From an uncultured Atribacterota bacterium (lineage in GTDB: Bacteria; Atribacterota; Phoenicimicrobiia; Phoenicimicrobiales; Stramentimicrobiaceae), in contig CAYSAA010000035.1 of NCBI GenBank assembly GCA_964428905.1, forward strand, positions 281 to 64,280: 64,000 bases of DNA, given 5' to 3'. Positions within the stretch are counted from its first letter, which is position 1, and each line of letters begins with the position of its first letter. The translations under genes and the position numbers were made by a program. Below, in pieces: positions 28,374 through 37,350 of the stretch. Under the pieces are notes generated by a model. It made no database searches, was not told the origin of the DNA, and was given only the letters and a program-made list of their open reading frames with translations.

Positions 28374-28533
28374 ACGAATCATACCTCCTTTTATAAATTA
28401 TCCTGGCCTGGGGATGTGGTGATAAATTGCTACACCAGACCTTCTTTTTCAATTTTGTATACCTCGACAGAATTACAGCTAAACCAAAAGAATCATAACC
28501 TCCCTTCTGCCTCTGATTCATTCTGTTTATTTC

Positions 28534-28562
28534 ATTTTAATTTCCCCTTTTTCCAATGTCAA
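28534..28562 (-). promoter_or_regulatory. Sigma-70-type promoter for the importer-2 operon (TTGACA-17-TAAAAT)
   Basis: On the minus strand, TTGACA (28562-28557), a 17-nt spacer, then TAAAAT (28539-28534). Predicts a 5' leader of about 145 nt. Confidence 0.5.
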
Positions 28563-28746
28563 TTACAATTATCTTGTTTGAGTCAACGATTTGGAGATGT
28601 TCCTTAAAATTTATGCCAAAAAGTAGGTAATAATTGGGGTTTCGGTCTTCACAGGCTGGCCTCGTTGAATTTTCCTATGACGAGGGTCACATCAGGCTTT
28701 ACACTTCTTTAAGGAAACCGGTTCTTTGATTAGTGGTTTTTTATGG

Positions 28747-30456
28747 TTAAATAAACAAATCTACAATTTTTGCCTTATTAACATCTACCAGGCCTTTATT
28801 GGTTAATTTAATATAGGGAGCCACTTCTAAAGATAAGAAAGCAATACTCATAAAAGGATTGTCTACTGTAACTCCTAATTTTTCGGCAGTTTTAGAGACG
28901 GATTCCAATTTTTCTTTCACCTCTAATAAAGGTCTATCCGACATCAAGCCAGCAATAGGCAAGGGAAGTGAATCTACTATTTTTTCATTTACGGATATTG
29001 CTAATCCGCCTCCCATCTTTGCAATAGCTGCCCCAACATTTAACATATCCTTATCATTAGTGCCCACAATTATGATATTGTGGGAATCATGGGCAACAGA
29101 TGACCCCAATGCTCCTCTTTTCAGACCAATACCTTGGACTAAACCTCTACTCACTTTTTCAGAAGCATGATGTCTCTCTACTACAGCAATTTTTAACACA
29201 TCTCGTTTGGTATCAGAAATAACAAAACCTTCCTCGGTTTTAGGGACTTCAATAATTTCTTCCGTAATAATTTGACCTGGTGTAACCTTTATAACTCTGC
29301 ATCTATTGCCTCTTACGGGAATCTTAAAATCTTCAGGATAAAGCCACTTAATATTAATTGAACCTCTAATAGGTACCTCTAATGGTTTGGGACTTAGTGC
29401 TAACAACTCTCCGTTTTCGGCAACCAATTTTCCATTATTAAAAACTTTAAGGATATTAAAATCTTTAAAATTATCAAAAACAACCAAATTAGCCAGATAA
29501 CCAGGAGCAATTGCCCCTAAATTTCTTAGTCTAAAATATTCAGTAGTATTTATGGTGGCCATCCTTATAGCGGTAACAGGATCTATGCCCTTCTGGATAG
29601 CAGTTTTAATAATATAATTAATATGCCCCTCTTCAATTAAATCTTTGGGGTGCCGGTCATCACAACAAAAGAAACATCTTCGGGAATTATCAGGATTTAT
29701 AAGAGGCAAGAGGTCGATTAAATTTCGAGTGACTGAACCTTCTCTGAGCATAATATACATCCCTAATCTCAATTTTTCTTTAGCCTCTTCCACCGTGGTA
29801 CATTCATGATCAGATCTTATTTGAGCGGAAATATAGGCACAAAGATCCTTACCCGATAAATTAGGAGCATGTCCGTCAATACATTTTTTTGAGGACGCTA
29901 CTATTTTAGCTAAAACCTCAGGAACCTGGTTTAACACTCCCGGAAAATTCATCACCTCTCCCAACCCTAAAACCCATTTTTCGTCTAACAGAGGAAATAA
30001 ATCATTTACACTAAGGTTTGCACCAGAGGTTCCTAAAGATGAAGCAGGAACACAAGAAGGGAGCATCATAAAAATATTTAAAGGGTTATATTTGCTGGAT
30101 TCTAACATATATCTAATACCTTCTAAGCCCAACACATTGGCAATTTCGTGAGGATCGATAATCACTGAAGTTGTCCCTCTTGGCACTACAGTCTTGGCAA
30201 ATTCTGAAATTTTAACCATAGAACTTTCTAAGTGAATATGGCCATCTATAAATCCAGGAGAAAGATAGCAATTAGAGATATCTATTTCTTTATCGGCGTC
30301 ATATCCTCCTCCTAATCCCACAATCATGTCTTGATAAATTGCAACATCGGAAATATATATTTCTCCGGAAAAAACATTAATTATCTTCCCATTTTTTAAT
30401 AATAGATCTGCTTTTTCCTTTCCTCGAGCAACTTTAATAATATCAGCAAGACTCAT
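28747..30456 (-). CDS. ade: Adenine deaminase (amidohydrolase superfamily, Ade/YicP type)
   Basis: 569 aa. The GFIDGHIHLESSM motif and the overall length are typical of adenine deaminase. Confidence 0.9.
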   Translation of the reverse strand: MSLADIIKVARGKEKADLLLKNGKIINVFSGEIYISDVAIYQDMIVGLGGGYDADKEIDISNCYLSPGFIDGHIHLESSMVKISEFAKTVVPRGTTSVIIDPHEIANVLGLEGIRYMLESSKYNPLNIFMMLPSCVPASSLGTSGANLSVNDLFPLLDEKWVLGLGEVMNFPGVLNQVPEVLAKIVASSKKCIDGHAPNLSGKDLCAYISAQIRSDHECTTVEEAKEKLRLGMYIMLREGSVTRNLIDLLPLINPDNSRRCFFCCDDRHPKDLIEEGHINYIIKTAIQKGIDPVTAIRMATINTTEYFRLRNLGAIAPGYLANLVVFDNFKDFNILKVFNNGKLVAENGELLALSPKPLEVPIRGSINIKWLYPEDFKIPVRGNRCRVIKVTPGQIITEEIIEVPKTEEGFVISDTKRDVLKIAVVERHHASEKVSRGLVQGIGLKRGALGSSVAHDSHNIIIVGTNDKDMLNVGAAIAKMGGGLAISVNEKIVDSLPLPIAGLMSDRPLLEVKEKLESVSKTAEKLGVTVDNPFMSIAFLSLEVAPYIKLTNKGLVDVNKAKIVDLFI

Positions 30457-30804
30457 ACTATTTATTCCCTTCTTTAGTATAGAGTATATGGTATGTCGTA
30501 CTCGTTAGAGAACTAAAAAATGATTTACCCCAATGAAAACTGCTCTCATCTATCGGAATGTGTCAATCTCTTTGTTAAGCCAAAATTTTAAGACTTTGCA
30601 ATAGAGTATTTCTTTTGTTCTTTTTTACTGTATTTTAGCATGGATTCTGTTATTAATAAATAGTCAGGTTATTATTTACATAACCCCTTTCTCTTAAGAC
30701 AAGGTTCAACAAATAGAGGGAGTCAAGACCAGGAAGGAAATGGTAGTCAGGTAATTTTAAGGAAAAATAGGGATTGAATCGATGGTGTAAAATTTTATAA
30801 TAAC

Positions 30805-30833
30805 TTGACCGCTGAGGTTAAATATATTATAAA
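30805..30833 (+). promoter_or_regulatory. Sigma-70-type promoter for rqcH (TTGACC-17-TATAAA)
   Basis: TTGACC at 30805-30810 and TATAAA at 30828-30833, about 50 nt upstream of the ATG at 30884. Confidence 0.45.
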
Positions 30834-30883
30834 TGACCTGTAACATCTATTGATATTTATATACTAAATACAGGTGGAAAAAG

Positions 30884-32683
30884 ATGAAACTTGACAGTAT
30901 TGTCCTATCCTCGGTAACCCATGAAATTAAAGAACAAATGATCCCGGCAAAAATCATTGACCTTTATCAGCTTAGCAAGTATGAAATATTGCTGGTTATG
31001 ATGAGCAATTACTCCACCGGAAAATTGTTTTTTTCCGTACGACCAGATAGGATGGCATTTTTTCTAAGTAAATCACCTCTTCCTTCAGAAAATTTTAATT
31101 CTCTTTTCTTTAATCAACTGAAAAACTGGGTTCAGGGTGGAACGTTGTTAGATATTGAACATTTTCAATTCGACCGTATTATCAAACTCTTCATTCAGCC
31201 TTACCATAAATTTGGACCGGCAAAACATTATCAGATGGTGATTGAATTTATGGGTAAACATAGCAATGTTATCCTGATAGATGAAAACAATCATATCAAA
31301 GCCGCATTAAAACAGGTTGGCTCGGAGGTCAACCGCTATCGGGAAGTAAAGGCAGGTATTTGCTATGTTCATCCACCCAAAAAGGACAAAGTAAATCCTC
31401 TAACAGTCAGCCGGCAGGAATTTTTAAATTTGATAATCCAAAGCAGTCATTCAGATAATGTAGGATATTTATGGCAATTCTTCCAATTGCATTTTAACGG
31501 ATTTGGTGTCAAAAGTTCCAAAGAAATTGTTTCCTCTATGAATTTCCCTGTGCAGCAAAGGCTTAATCAAATTCCTGAACCAGAGTTGCCTGACCTGTGG
31601 AAGCCATTTTCAGGGCTCAGACAAAAAATTCTCAATAATGAATTCTCTCCGGTAGTGTTAATCGATAAAGATACCGATAAGATTATCGACTATTTCTTAC
31701 TCTGCCCGGTAAGTCAAGAGAATACCATGAACGTTCCCTTTAAAGATACTTCATCCTGTCTGGAATTTGTCTTTATCCGCTTAAGAGAAGAAGAAGAAAA
31801 ACAGGATTTATATCACAACATTCATAAAGTTTTAAAAAAGAATATTGAAAAATTGGAAGAGAAAAAAAGCTTTTTGAATGGCAGGAAAAAAGAAATAGAA
31901 GCATGTGAAGAATATAAAAAGAAAGGCGAATTGATAAAGGCAAATCTGTGGAATATCAAACCCGGAACAAATGAAATAACCATGATTGATTATAGTGATT
32001 CACGTCAACCTCAAATAACTGTCCATTTAAACCCTGATTTGACACCCCTGCAAAATGCAAAATATTATTTTAAAAAATATAAAAAATTATCACAAAACCA
32101 GGATGAAATCGAAATACAAACCAATGAAAATCAAAAAATTTTACATCAGTTACAGGAAATACATAAGAAATTAGCTGAGAGCAGTAATTCCTTAGAAGAC
32201 TTATCCAAACTATATAACAAATTATTTAAGCTAAAATATATCAAAAAAGAAAAGCAAACCCCACCAAAGCGAAAAACAGAGCAAACCCCTGCCATAAGCA
32301 AATTTCTCTCCCCGGACGGATGGACAATCCTGGTCGGGAAGAACAACAGGCAGAATGAATATATTTTAAGGTATCTGTCTTCGGGAAACGATTTCTGGTT
32401 ACATAACCTGAGCAGACCGGGAAGCCATGTCATCATCAAAAATCATAAGAATCTGGAAAGCCCTCCCCATTCTACACTGCTCTTTGCAGCAAGGCTGGCC
32501 GGTTATTACAGTAAAACCAAAGACAAAGAAAATGCACCTATTATCCATACCCTGAGAAAATATGTGAGAAAACCAAAAGATGCCAAAATGGGCAAAGTAA
32601 TCTATTCTAATGAAAAAACTCTATTTGTTTTGATTAACCATAATGAAATCAAAAAAGAAATTCAGCGCCTGTTAAGCACTTAA
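30884..32683 (+). CDS. rqcH: NFACT-family ribosome quality-control protein (RqcH / FbpA-like, NFACT-N + DUF814)
   Basis: 599 aa. N-terminal NFACT-N features, a long coiled-coil middle, and a C-terminal DUF814 region (DGWTILVGKNNRQNEYI...DFWLH...PGSHVII). Confidence 0.85.
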   Translation: MKLDSIVLSSVTHEIKEQMIPAKIIDLYQLSKYEILLVMMSNYSTGKLFFSVRPDRMAFFLSKSPLPSENFNSLFFNQLKNWVQGGTLLDIEHFQFDRIIKLFIQPYHKFGPAKHYQMVIEFMGKHSNVILIDENNHIKAALKQVGSEVNRYREVKAGICYVHPPKKDKVNPLTVSRQEFLNLIIQSSHSDNVGYLWQFFQLHFNGFGVKSSKEIVSSMNFPVQQRLNQIPEPELPDLWKPFSGLRQKILNNEFSPVVLIDKDTDKIIDYFLLCPVSQENTMNVPFKDTSSCLEFVFIRLREEEEKQDLYHNIHKVLKKNIEKLEEKKSFLNGRKKEIEACEEYKKKGELIKANLWNIKPGTNEITMIDYSDSRQPQITVHLNPDLTPLQNAKYYFKKYKKLSQNQDEIEIQTNENQKILHQLQEIHKKLAESSNSLEDLSKLYNKLFKLKYIKKEKQTPPKRKTEQTPAISKFLSPDGWTILVGKNNRQNEYILRYLSSGNDFWLHNLSRPGSHVIIKNHKNLESPPHSTLLFAARLAGYYSKTKDKENAPIIHTLRKYVRKPKDAKMGKVIYSNEKTLFVLINHNEIKKEIQRLLST

Positions 32684-33648
32684 AAGAGGGAAGGAGCTTG
32701 GAGTGCTGATAATTGTTGCATTATATCATCAGGTAGGGGTGAGGTAAAACTCATCACCTGGTGATTAACAGGATGGGTAAACTGTAAATATTGGGAATGC
32801 AAGGCCTGTCTTGTTATGAAAATCAACGGGGTTTTGCCCTTGCGTGGCCCATATACCTTGTCTCCTACCACGGGATGACCAATAAACTTTAAATGCACCC
32901 TGATTTGATGAGTACGACCGGTATACAATCTGAGTAATAACAGGGTAAATGATTCAAAATTTCTGATGATTTCAAAGTAAGTCTTCGCCTCCCGACTGGC
33001 AATATCAGAAACAGCCATCTTATTTCCGTGTTTTTGATCTCTTCCAATGGGTGCTTCAATAAATCCCGCCCGGTCTTTCACCACACCATGAACCAGTGCC
33101 ATATATTTTTTAACGATTTTCCTTTCCTTGATCTGTTTGGTTAAAATACGATGGGCTTGTTCAGATTTGGCGACCATCATCAATCCGGAAGTTTCTTTAT
33201 CCAGGCGGTGAACAATCCCGGGACGATTTACACCATTAATGCCCGGTAACTTTCCCTGACAATGAAAGAGGATTGCATTGACCAGGGTACCAGTCCTGAC
33301 TTTACTGGTAGGATGAACAATCATACCGGCACTTTTATTAATCACCATCATATGCTCATCTTCATGGTAAATATCAAGGGGAATATTTTCGGGCTGTAAA
33401 GGCAGATCTATCTGGTCAGGAATATCAATGGATATTTTTTCTCCCGCCTTTAAAAGATAACTGGGTTTTACCTTCTTTCCGTTCACCAGAATATTACCCC
33501 AGGTAACCAGTTCCTTGATTCTGCTTCTGGATAAGTTCGTAACCTGATCCCGGGATAGAAAAGCATCTATCCTGACATTATCCTTTTCTAAATATTGAAC
33601 TTCTTCAGGTAATTTTCTGGAATCCAAACGGTTTGTCTTCCCTTTCAT
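32680..33648 (-). CDS. rluD: RluA-family 23S rRNA pseudouridine synthase (RluD-like, S4 domain + catalytic HRLD)
   Basis: 322 aa. Motifs GIVHRLDKETSGLMMVAK and GRTHQIRVH. Confidence 0.9.
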   Translation of the reverse strand: MKGKTNRLDSRKLPEEVQYLEKDNVRIDAFLSRDQVTNLSRSRIKELVTWGNILVNGKKVKPSYLLKAGEKISIDIPDQIDLPLQPENIPLDIYHEDEHMMVINKSAGMIVHPTSKVRTGTLVNAILFHCQGKLPGINGVNRPGIVHRLDKETSGLMMVAKSEQAHRILTKQIKERKIVKKYMALVHGVVKDRAGFIEAPIGRDQKHGNKMAVSDIASREAKTYFEIIRNFESFTLLLLRLYTGRTHQIRVHLKFIGHPVVGDKVYGPRKGKTPLIFITRQALHSQYLQFTHPVNHQVMSFTSPLPDDIMQQLSALQAPSLF

Positions 33649-33671
33649 AAATAGTTTATATAATTATCTTC

Positions 33672-34139
33672 TTAATCTTCCTGCTGATTACCCTGCACTT
33701 CATCTTCTTTATGAATTAAGAAATGGATAATGAGCAGGAAAAGACCAATGTTGAGTGCGGAATCGGCAACATTGAAAATCGGCCATATTCGAAAATCCAA
33801 AAAATCAATAACACTGCCAACCCGCAAACGGTCTATCATATTCCCTAAAGATCCACCTAAAATAAAAATCAGGGAAAAGAAGACAAGTTTGTTTTTCTGG
33901 GCAATTTTTTTACGCAATAAAAATACAATTATTAGAATCACCAGTAAGGCAATAATAACAAATGCCGTATTGGGAAATTTTAAAAGACCAAAGGCAGAGT
34001 TGGGATTTTGAATATAAGTTATATGGAATATTCCCCTGATTACAGGGATAGATTCCATCAATTCCATATTAATTTGAACCCATATCTTAGTGATTTGGTC
34101 CAGCAAGGTAACCAAAAAAACACCTATTACAAAATACAT
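33672..34139 (-). CDS. lspA: Lipoprotein signal peptidase II
   Basis: 155 aa, four TM segments. NMIDR and FNVADS motifs. Confidence 0.9.
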   Translation of the reverse strand: MYFVIGVFLVTLLDQITKIWVQINMELMESIPVIRGIFHITYIQNPNSAFGLLKFPNTAFVIIALLVILIIVFLLRKKIAQKNKLVFFSLIFILGGSLGNMIDRLRVGSVIDFLDFRIWPIFNVADSALNIGLFLLIIHFLIHKEDEVQGNQQED

Positions 34140-34169
34140 TAAATCTCCACCATAGTAAATTTTACGAGA

Positions 34170-36977
34170 CTATTCCCGGCTATTTTCATCAAGTACTGAA
34201 ACACATTTATGACAAATGGTAGGATAACGGCTGTCTTGTCCCACAGTTTCGGAATAACACCAGCACCTTTCGCATTTCTGTCCGGGTGCCTTTTTTATGG
34301 CAATGGATAGTTCGGGTACTTCCTCTCCCTTAAAAATATTCTTATCGGAAATATCCTCGTTAAGATTCAGAAGTTCCACTTTAGAAACAATAAATATTAT
34401 TTCCAACTTCTCTTTAAATTGTCTTAAATAATCATAAAGTTTTTGATCTTTCGTGTAAAGATCTACCTGCGCCTGCAGGGCATTACCAATCTGCCCGTCT
34501 TTCCTGGAAATTTCCAGTGCCTTTAAAACATCTTTTCTAACAGCCAGCAGTTGACTCCAATGTTCTTCCATTTCCATCCGAACCATTTTCTGATCCACCT
34601 TTGGCCAGGGTGAGAGAAAAACACTTTCTTCCTTTTGGCCTATTTTGTTCAAATTCTGCCATATCTCTTCTGCCGTAAAGCTCAATACCGGAGCAACAAG
34701 GCGGGTTAATTCGCTGACGATTTTATAAAGAACTGTTTGTGCTGCCCTTCTCTGTAAAGAATCGGCATTTAAAACATAAAGCCTGTCTTTAATGATATCC
34801 AGATAAAAGGAACTCAGGTTAAGGGCACAGAAATTATGGATATCATGATAAAGGGTATGAAATTCATAGTTCTCATAATTCTCTGTGGTTCTTTTAACCA
34901 AATCCTGAAATTGGCTTAATATAAGCTGGTCAATATCCTCAATTTTATCATAAGAGACCTGATTCTTTTCCGGATCAAAATCATACAAATTACCCAGAAT
35001 AAAGCGGGCTGTATTTCTTATCTTCCGGTAAATTTCAACCAGTTGTTTCAGTATCTTCCTGGATATCCTGACATCTCTTTTGTAATCGGAAGAGGCAACC
35101 CATAATCTCAAGATATCTGCACCATACTGATCAATGACCTCCTGTGGTGGAATAACATTACCGATGGACTTAGACATTTTCCTGCCTTCTTCATCAACAA
35201 TAAATCCATGTGTTAACACTGACTTATAGGGAGCCCGATCAAAGCTGGCAACGGATGTTAAGAGGGAAGTCTGAAACCATCCACGATGCTGATCAGTGCC
35301 CTCTAAGTACAGCTCACAGGGCCAGTGTAAATCTTTTCTGCTTTTTAGTACTGCCGCATGGCTACAACCGGAATCAAACCATACATCCATGATATCTGTT
35401 TCTTTTTCAAATTCAGTACCCTGGCAATAAGGACACCGGAAATCTTTTGGCAGAATTTCCTCAGCACTCATAGCAAACCAGGCATTGGAACCCTTTTCTC
35501 TAAACAACTTTTTAACAATCTCGATAGTCTTTGACTTAATCACAATTTTTTTACAGTTTTTACAATAGAAAGCAGGAATGGGAACACCCCACACTCTTTG
35601 GCGGGAGATACACCAGTCTGTTCTTTCTTCCACCATGCCATAGATTTTCTCTTTTCCCCAGCGTGGAATCCACTGGACCTGATCGATAGCCTCAAGTGAT
35701 TTACTCCTAAACTTGTCAACTGAGACAAACCATTGTTCGGTAGCTCTGAATAAAACCGGGTTTTTACAACGCCAGCAATGTGGATAAGAGTGCCTTATTT
35801 TACCAGCTCCCAAAAGATAGCCTTTATTGCGCAAAGCCTCTATCACTTTTATGTTGCCTTCCCGGTAATCAAGACCATTAAAAGGACCGGAATTTTCGTT
35901 TAATCTTCCTTTACTGTCCAAAACAGAGACAATCGGTAAATGATATTTCATACCGATTTCATAATCTTCCTGTCCATGCCCGGGTGCAGTGTGAACACAT
36001 CCTGTCCCTTCATCTAAGGTGACATGCCTTCCAAGTATAATCACAGAATCCCTCTCTAATAAGGGATGACTGCATTTAATACCTTCAAAAAGATTGCCTT
36101 CTTTTTCATCCAGTATCTGATATGAATCTATTCCTGTTTTTTTCATTACTTGAACGACTAACTTTGAAGCCATAATCAAATACCCCTGCCCGGTTTTCAC
36201 CAAACTATATTTGAAATCCGGATTAAAGGTAATGGCAAAATTGCCAGGTATAGTCCAGGGGGTTGTTGTCCAGATGACTACGTATGCCTCTTCCGGTTTT
36301 GCCTCAGGAAAAACTGAGCTTAGATCATCAATAACCTCAAACTTTACATAAATAGAATCACTTTCTTCATCACTATATTCAATCTCAGCAGCAGCAAGTG
36401 CCGTTTCACAAGAGGGACACCAGTATACTGCCTTTAGACCCTTGTAAATGTATCCGCGTTGATACATCTTACCAAAAACGTCAATTTGTTTTTCCTCATA
36501 TTCCGGTAAGAAGGTTAAATACGGATTTCCCCAATCGGCAATAACCCCCAATCTCTTAAATTCTTCCCTTTGGATATTAATATACTTCTCCGCATATTCC
36601 CGACACTTTTCCCGCAATACTACCGGGTCTATATCATTAAGTGTTACATTTAAATCTCGACTCACTTTATGTTCAATAGGCATACCATGTGTATCCCAAC
36701 CGGGAACATAATAGGCATTAAACCCTTTCATCCATCTGTACTTAGGAATAATATCTTTCAATATTTTATTATAAGCAGTACCGATATGGATATTGCCATT
36801 GGCATAAGGCGGACCGTCATGAAGAATAAATTTCTCCCTGTCCCGGTATTTTTCTAATAATTTTTTATCTAATTCCATATTTTGCCAAAATTCAAGCATC
36901 TTTGGTTCTTCATTTGGTAAATTGGCTTTCATTGAAAATTCTGTTTTTGGTAAATTGAGTGTTGTTTTAAAATCCAT
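34170..36977 (-). CDS. ileS: Isoleucyl-tRNA synthetase
   Basis: PPYANGNIHIGT (HIGH) and KMSKS motifs, plus a C-terminal Zn-finger CERCW...CHKC. The true start is the ATG at 36977 (MDFKTTLNLPKTEF). The track ORF extends 31 codons into the T-box terminator. Confidence 0.95.
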   Translation of the reverse strand: MDFKTTLNLPKTEFSMKANLPNEEPKMLEFWQNMELDKKLLEKYRDREKFILHDGPPYANGNIHIGTAYNKILKDIIPKYRWMKGFNAYYVPGWDTHGMPIEHKVSRDLNVTLNDIDPVVLREKCREYAEKYINIQREEFKRLGVIADWGNPYLTFLPEYEEKQIDVFGKMYQRGYIYKGLKAVYWCPSCETALAAAEIEYSDEESDSIYVKFEVIDDLSSVFPEAKPEEAYVVIWTTTPWTIPGNFAITFNPDFKYSLVKTGQGYLIMASKLVVQVMKKTGIDSYQILDEKEGNLFEGIKCSHPLLERDSVIILGRHVTLDEGTGCVHTAPGHGQEDYEIGMKYHLPIVSVLDSKGRLNENSGPFNGLDYREGNIKVIEALRNKGYLLGAGKIRHSYPHCWRCKNPVLFRATEQWFVSVDKFRSKSLEAIDQVQWIPRWGKEKIYGMVEERTDWCISRQRVWGVPIPAFYCKNCKKIVIKSKTIEIVKKLFREKGSNAWFAMSAEEILPKDFRCPYCQGTEFEKETDIMDVWFDSGCSHAAVLKSRKDLHWPCELYLEGTDQHRGWFQTSLLTSVASFDRAPYKSVLTHGFIVDEEGRKMSKSIGNVIPPQEVIDQYGADILRLWVASSDYKRDVRISRKILKQLVEIYRKIRNTARFILGNLYDFDPEKNQVSYDKIEDIDQLILSQFQDLVKRTTENYENYEFHTLYHDIHNFCALNLSSFYLDIIKDRLYVLNADSLQRRAAQTVLYKIVSELTRLVAPVLSFTAEEIWQNLNKIGQKEESVFLSPWPKVDQKMVRMEMEEHWSQLLAVRKDVLKALEISRKDGQIGNALQAQVDLYTKDQKLYDYLRQFKEKLEIIFIVSKVELLNLNEDISDKNIFKGEEVPELSIAIKKAPGQKCERCWCYSETVGQDSRYPTICHKCVSVLDENSRE

Positions 36978-37011
36978 AATTAACTCCCCTCTTGTGATTG
37001 CAAAACGAAAT

Positions 37012-37050
37012 AAAAATAAAAACCTCTTGCCTGTTAAAGGACAAGAGGTT
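37012..37050 (-). terminator. T-box terminator hairpin
   Basis: 12-bp stem at 37021-37050 plus a U-run (reverse complement of 37011-37020). Confidence 0.85.
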
Positions 37051-37250
37051 AAAGCTTCCTGCGGTACCACCTTTATTTGTTATTATCATTTCTATAATAA
37101 TATAATAACTGTAATAACCTTTATGAAAGATATGAAAAACATTCTTCCATCTTCAGCTCTATCGGGTCAACCGTTTTGACTTAGTAGTCCTCGTTCAGTC
37201 AAAATACCAAGAGGTGATTTTCAGTACTTGATTATTGACTTACTCTTCCT
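37012..37250 (-). promoter_or_regulatory. T-box riboswitch leader of ileS
   Basis: Minus-strand AAAGGUGGUACCGCAGG (T-box sequence, 37061-37077) is followed immediately by the terminator hairpin AACCUCUUGUCC-UUUAAC-AGGCAAGAGGUU and UUUAUUUUUAUUU. An AUC (Ile) triplet lies in a plausible specifier region. I could not fold Stem I reliably by eye, so the 5' boundary is approximate. Confidence 0.85.
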
Positions 37251-37350
37251 CTTATTTTTTCTTTTATTGAATATAAAAATATAACAGAAAAATAGTATCA
37301 CTCTTTTTAAAAAGAGTCAATGAAAAAGATCTATGGTTTTTCTCTATACT

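Noticed and set aside
28383-28746. I looked for a purine (guanine/adenine) riboswitch upstream of importer 2, adenine deaminase (30457-30700) and xdhA (23487-23662).
   Set aside because: None of the three leaders contains the conserved core strings (UAUAAU junction, GGAUAUGG loop, GUUUCUACC, CCGUAAA, GACUAUG) on either strand. Other riboswitch classes cannot be excluded by eye.
36978-37070. The track shows a 31-codon N-terminal extension of ileS (MVPQEALTSCPLTGKRFLFLFRFAITRGELI).
   Set aside because: This segment is the T-box terminator/antiterminator RNA. The conserved IleRS N-terminus starts at the ATG at 36977, with GAGGGGAG upstream.
37300-37317. The perfect palindrome ACTCTTTTTAAAAAGAGT might be the divIVA terminator.
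   Set aside because: The stem is almost entirely A-U with no loop, and the U-run is displaced by 7 nt. It is too weak to call and may simply be AT-rich palindromic sequence near the ileS T-box promoter.
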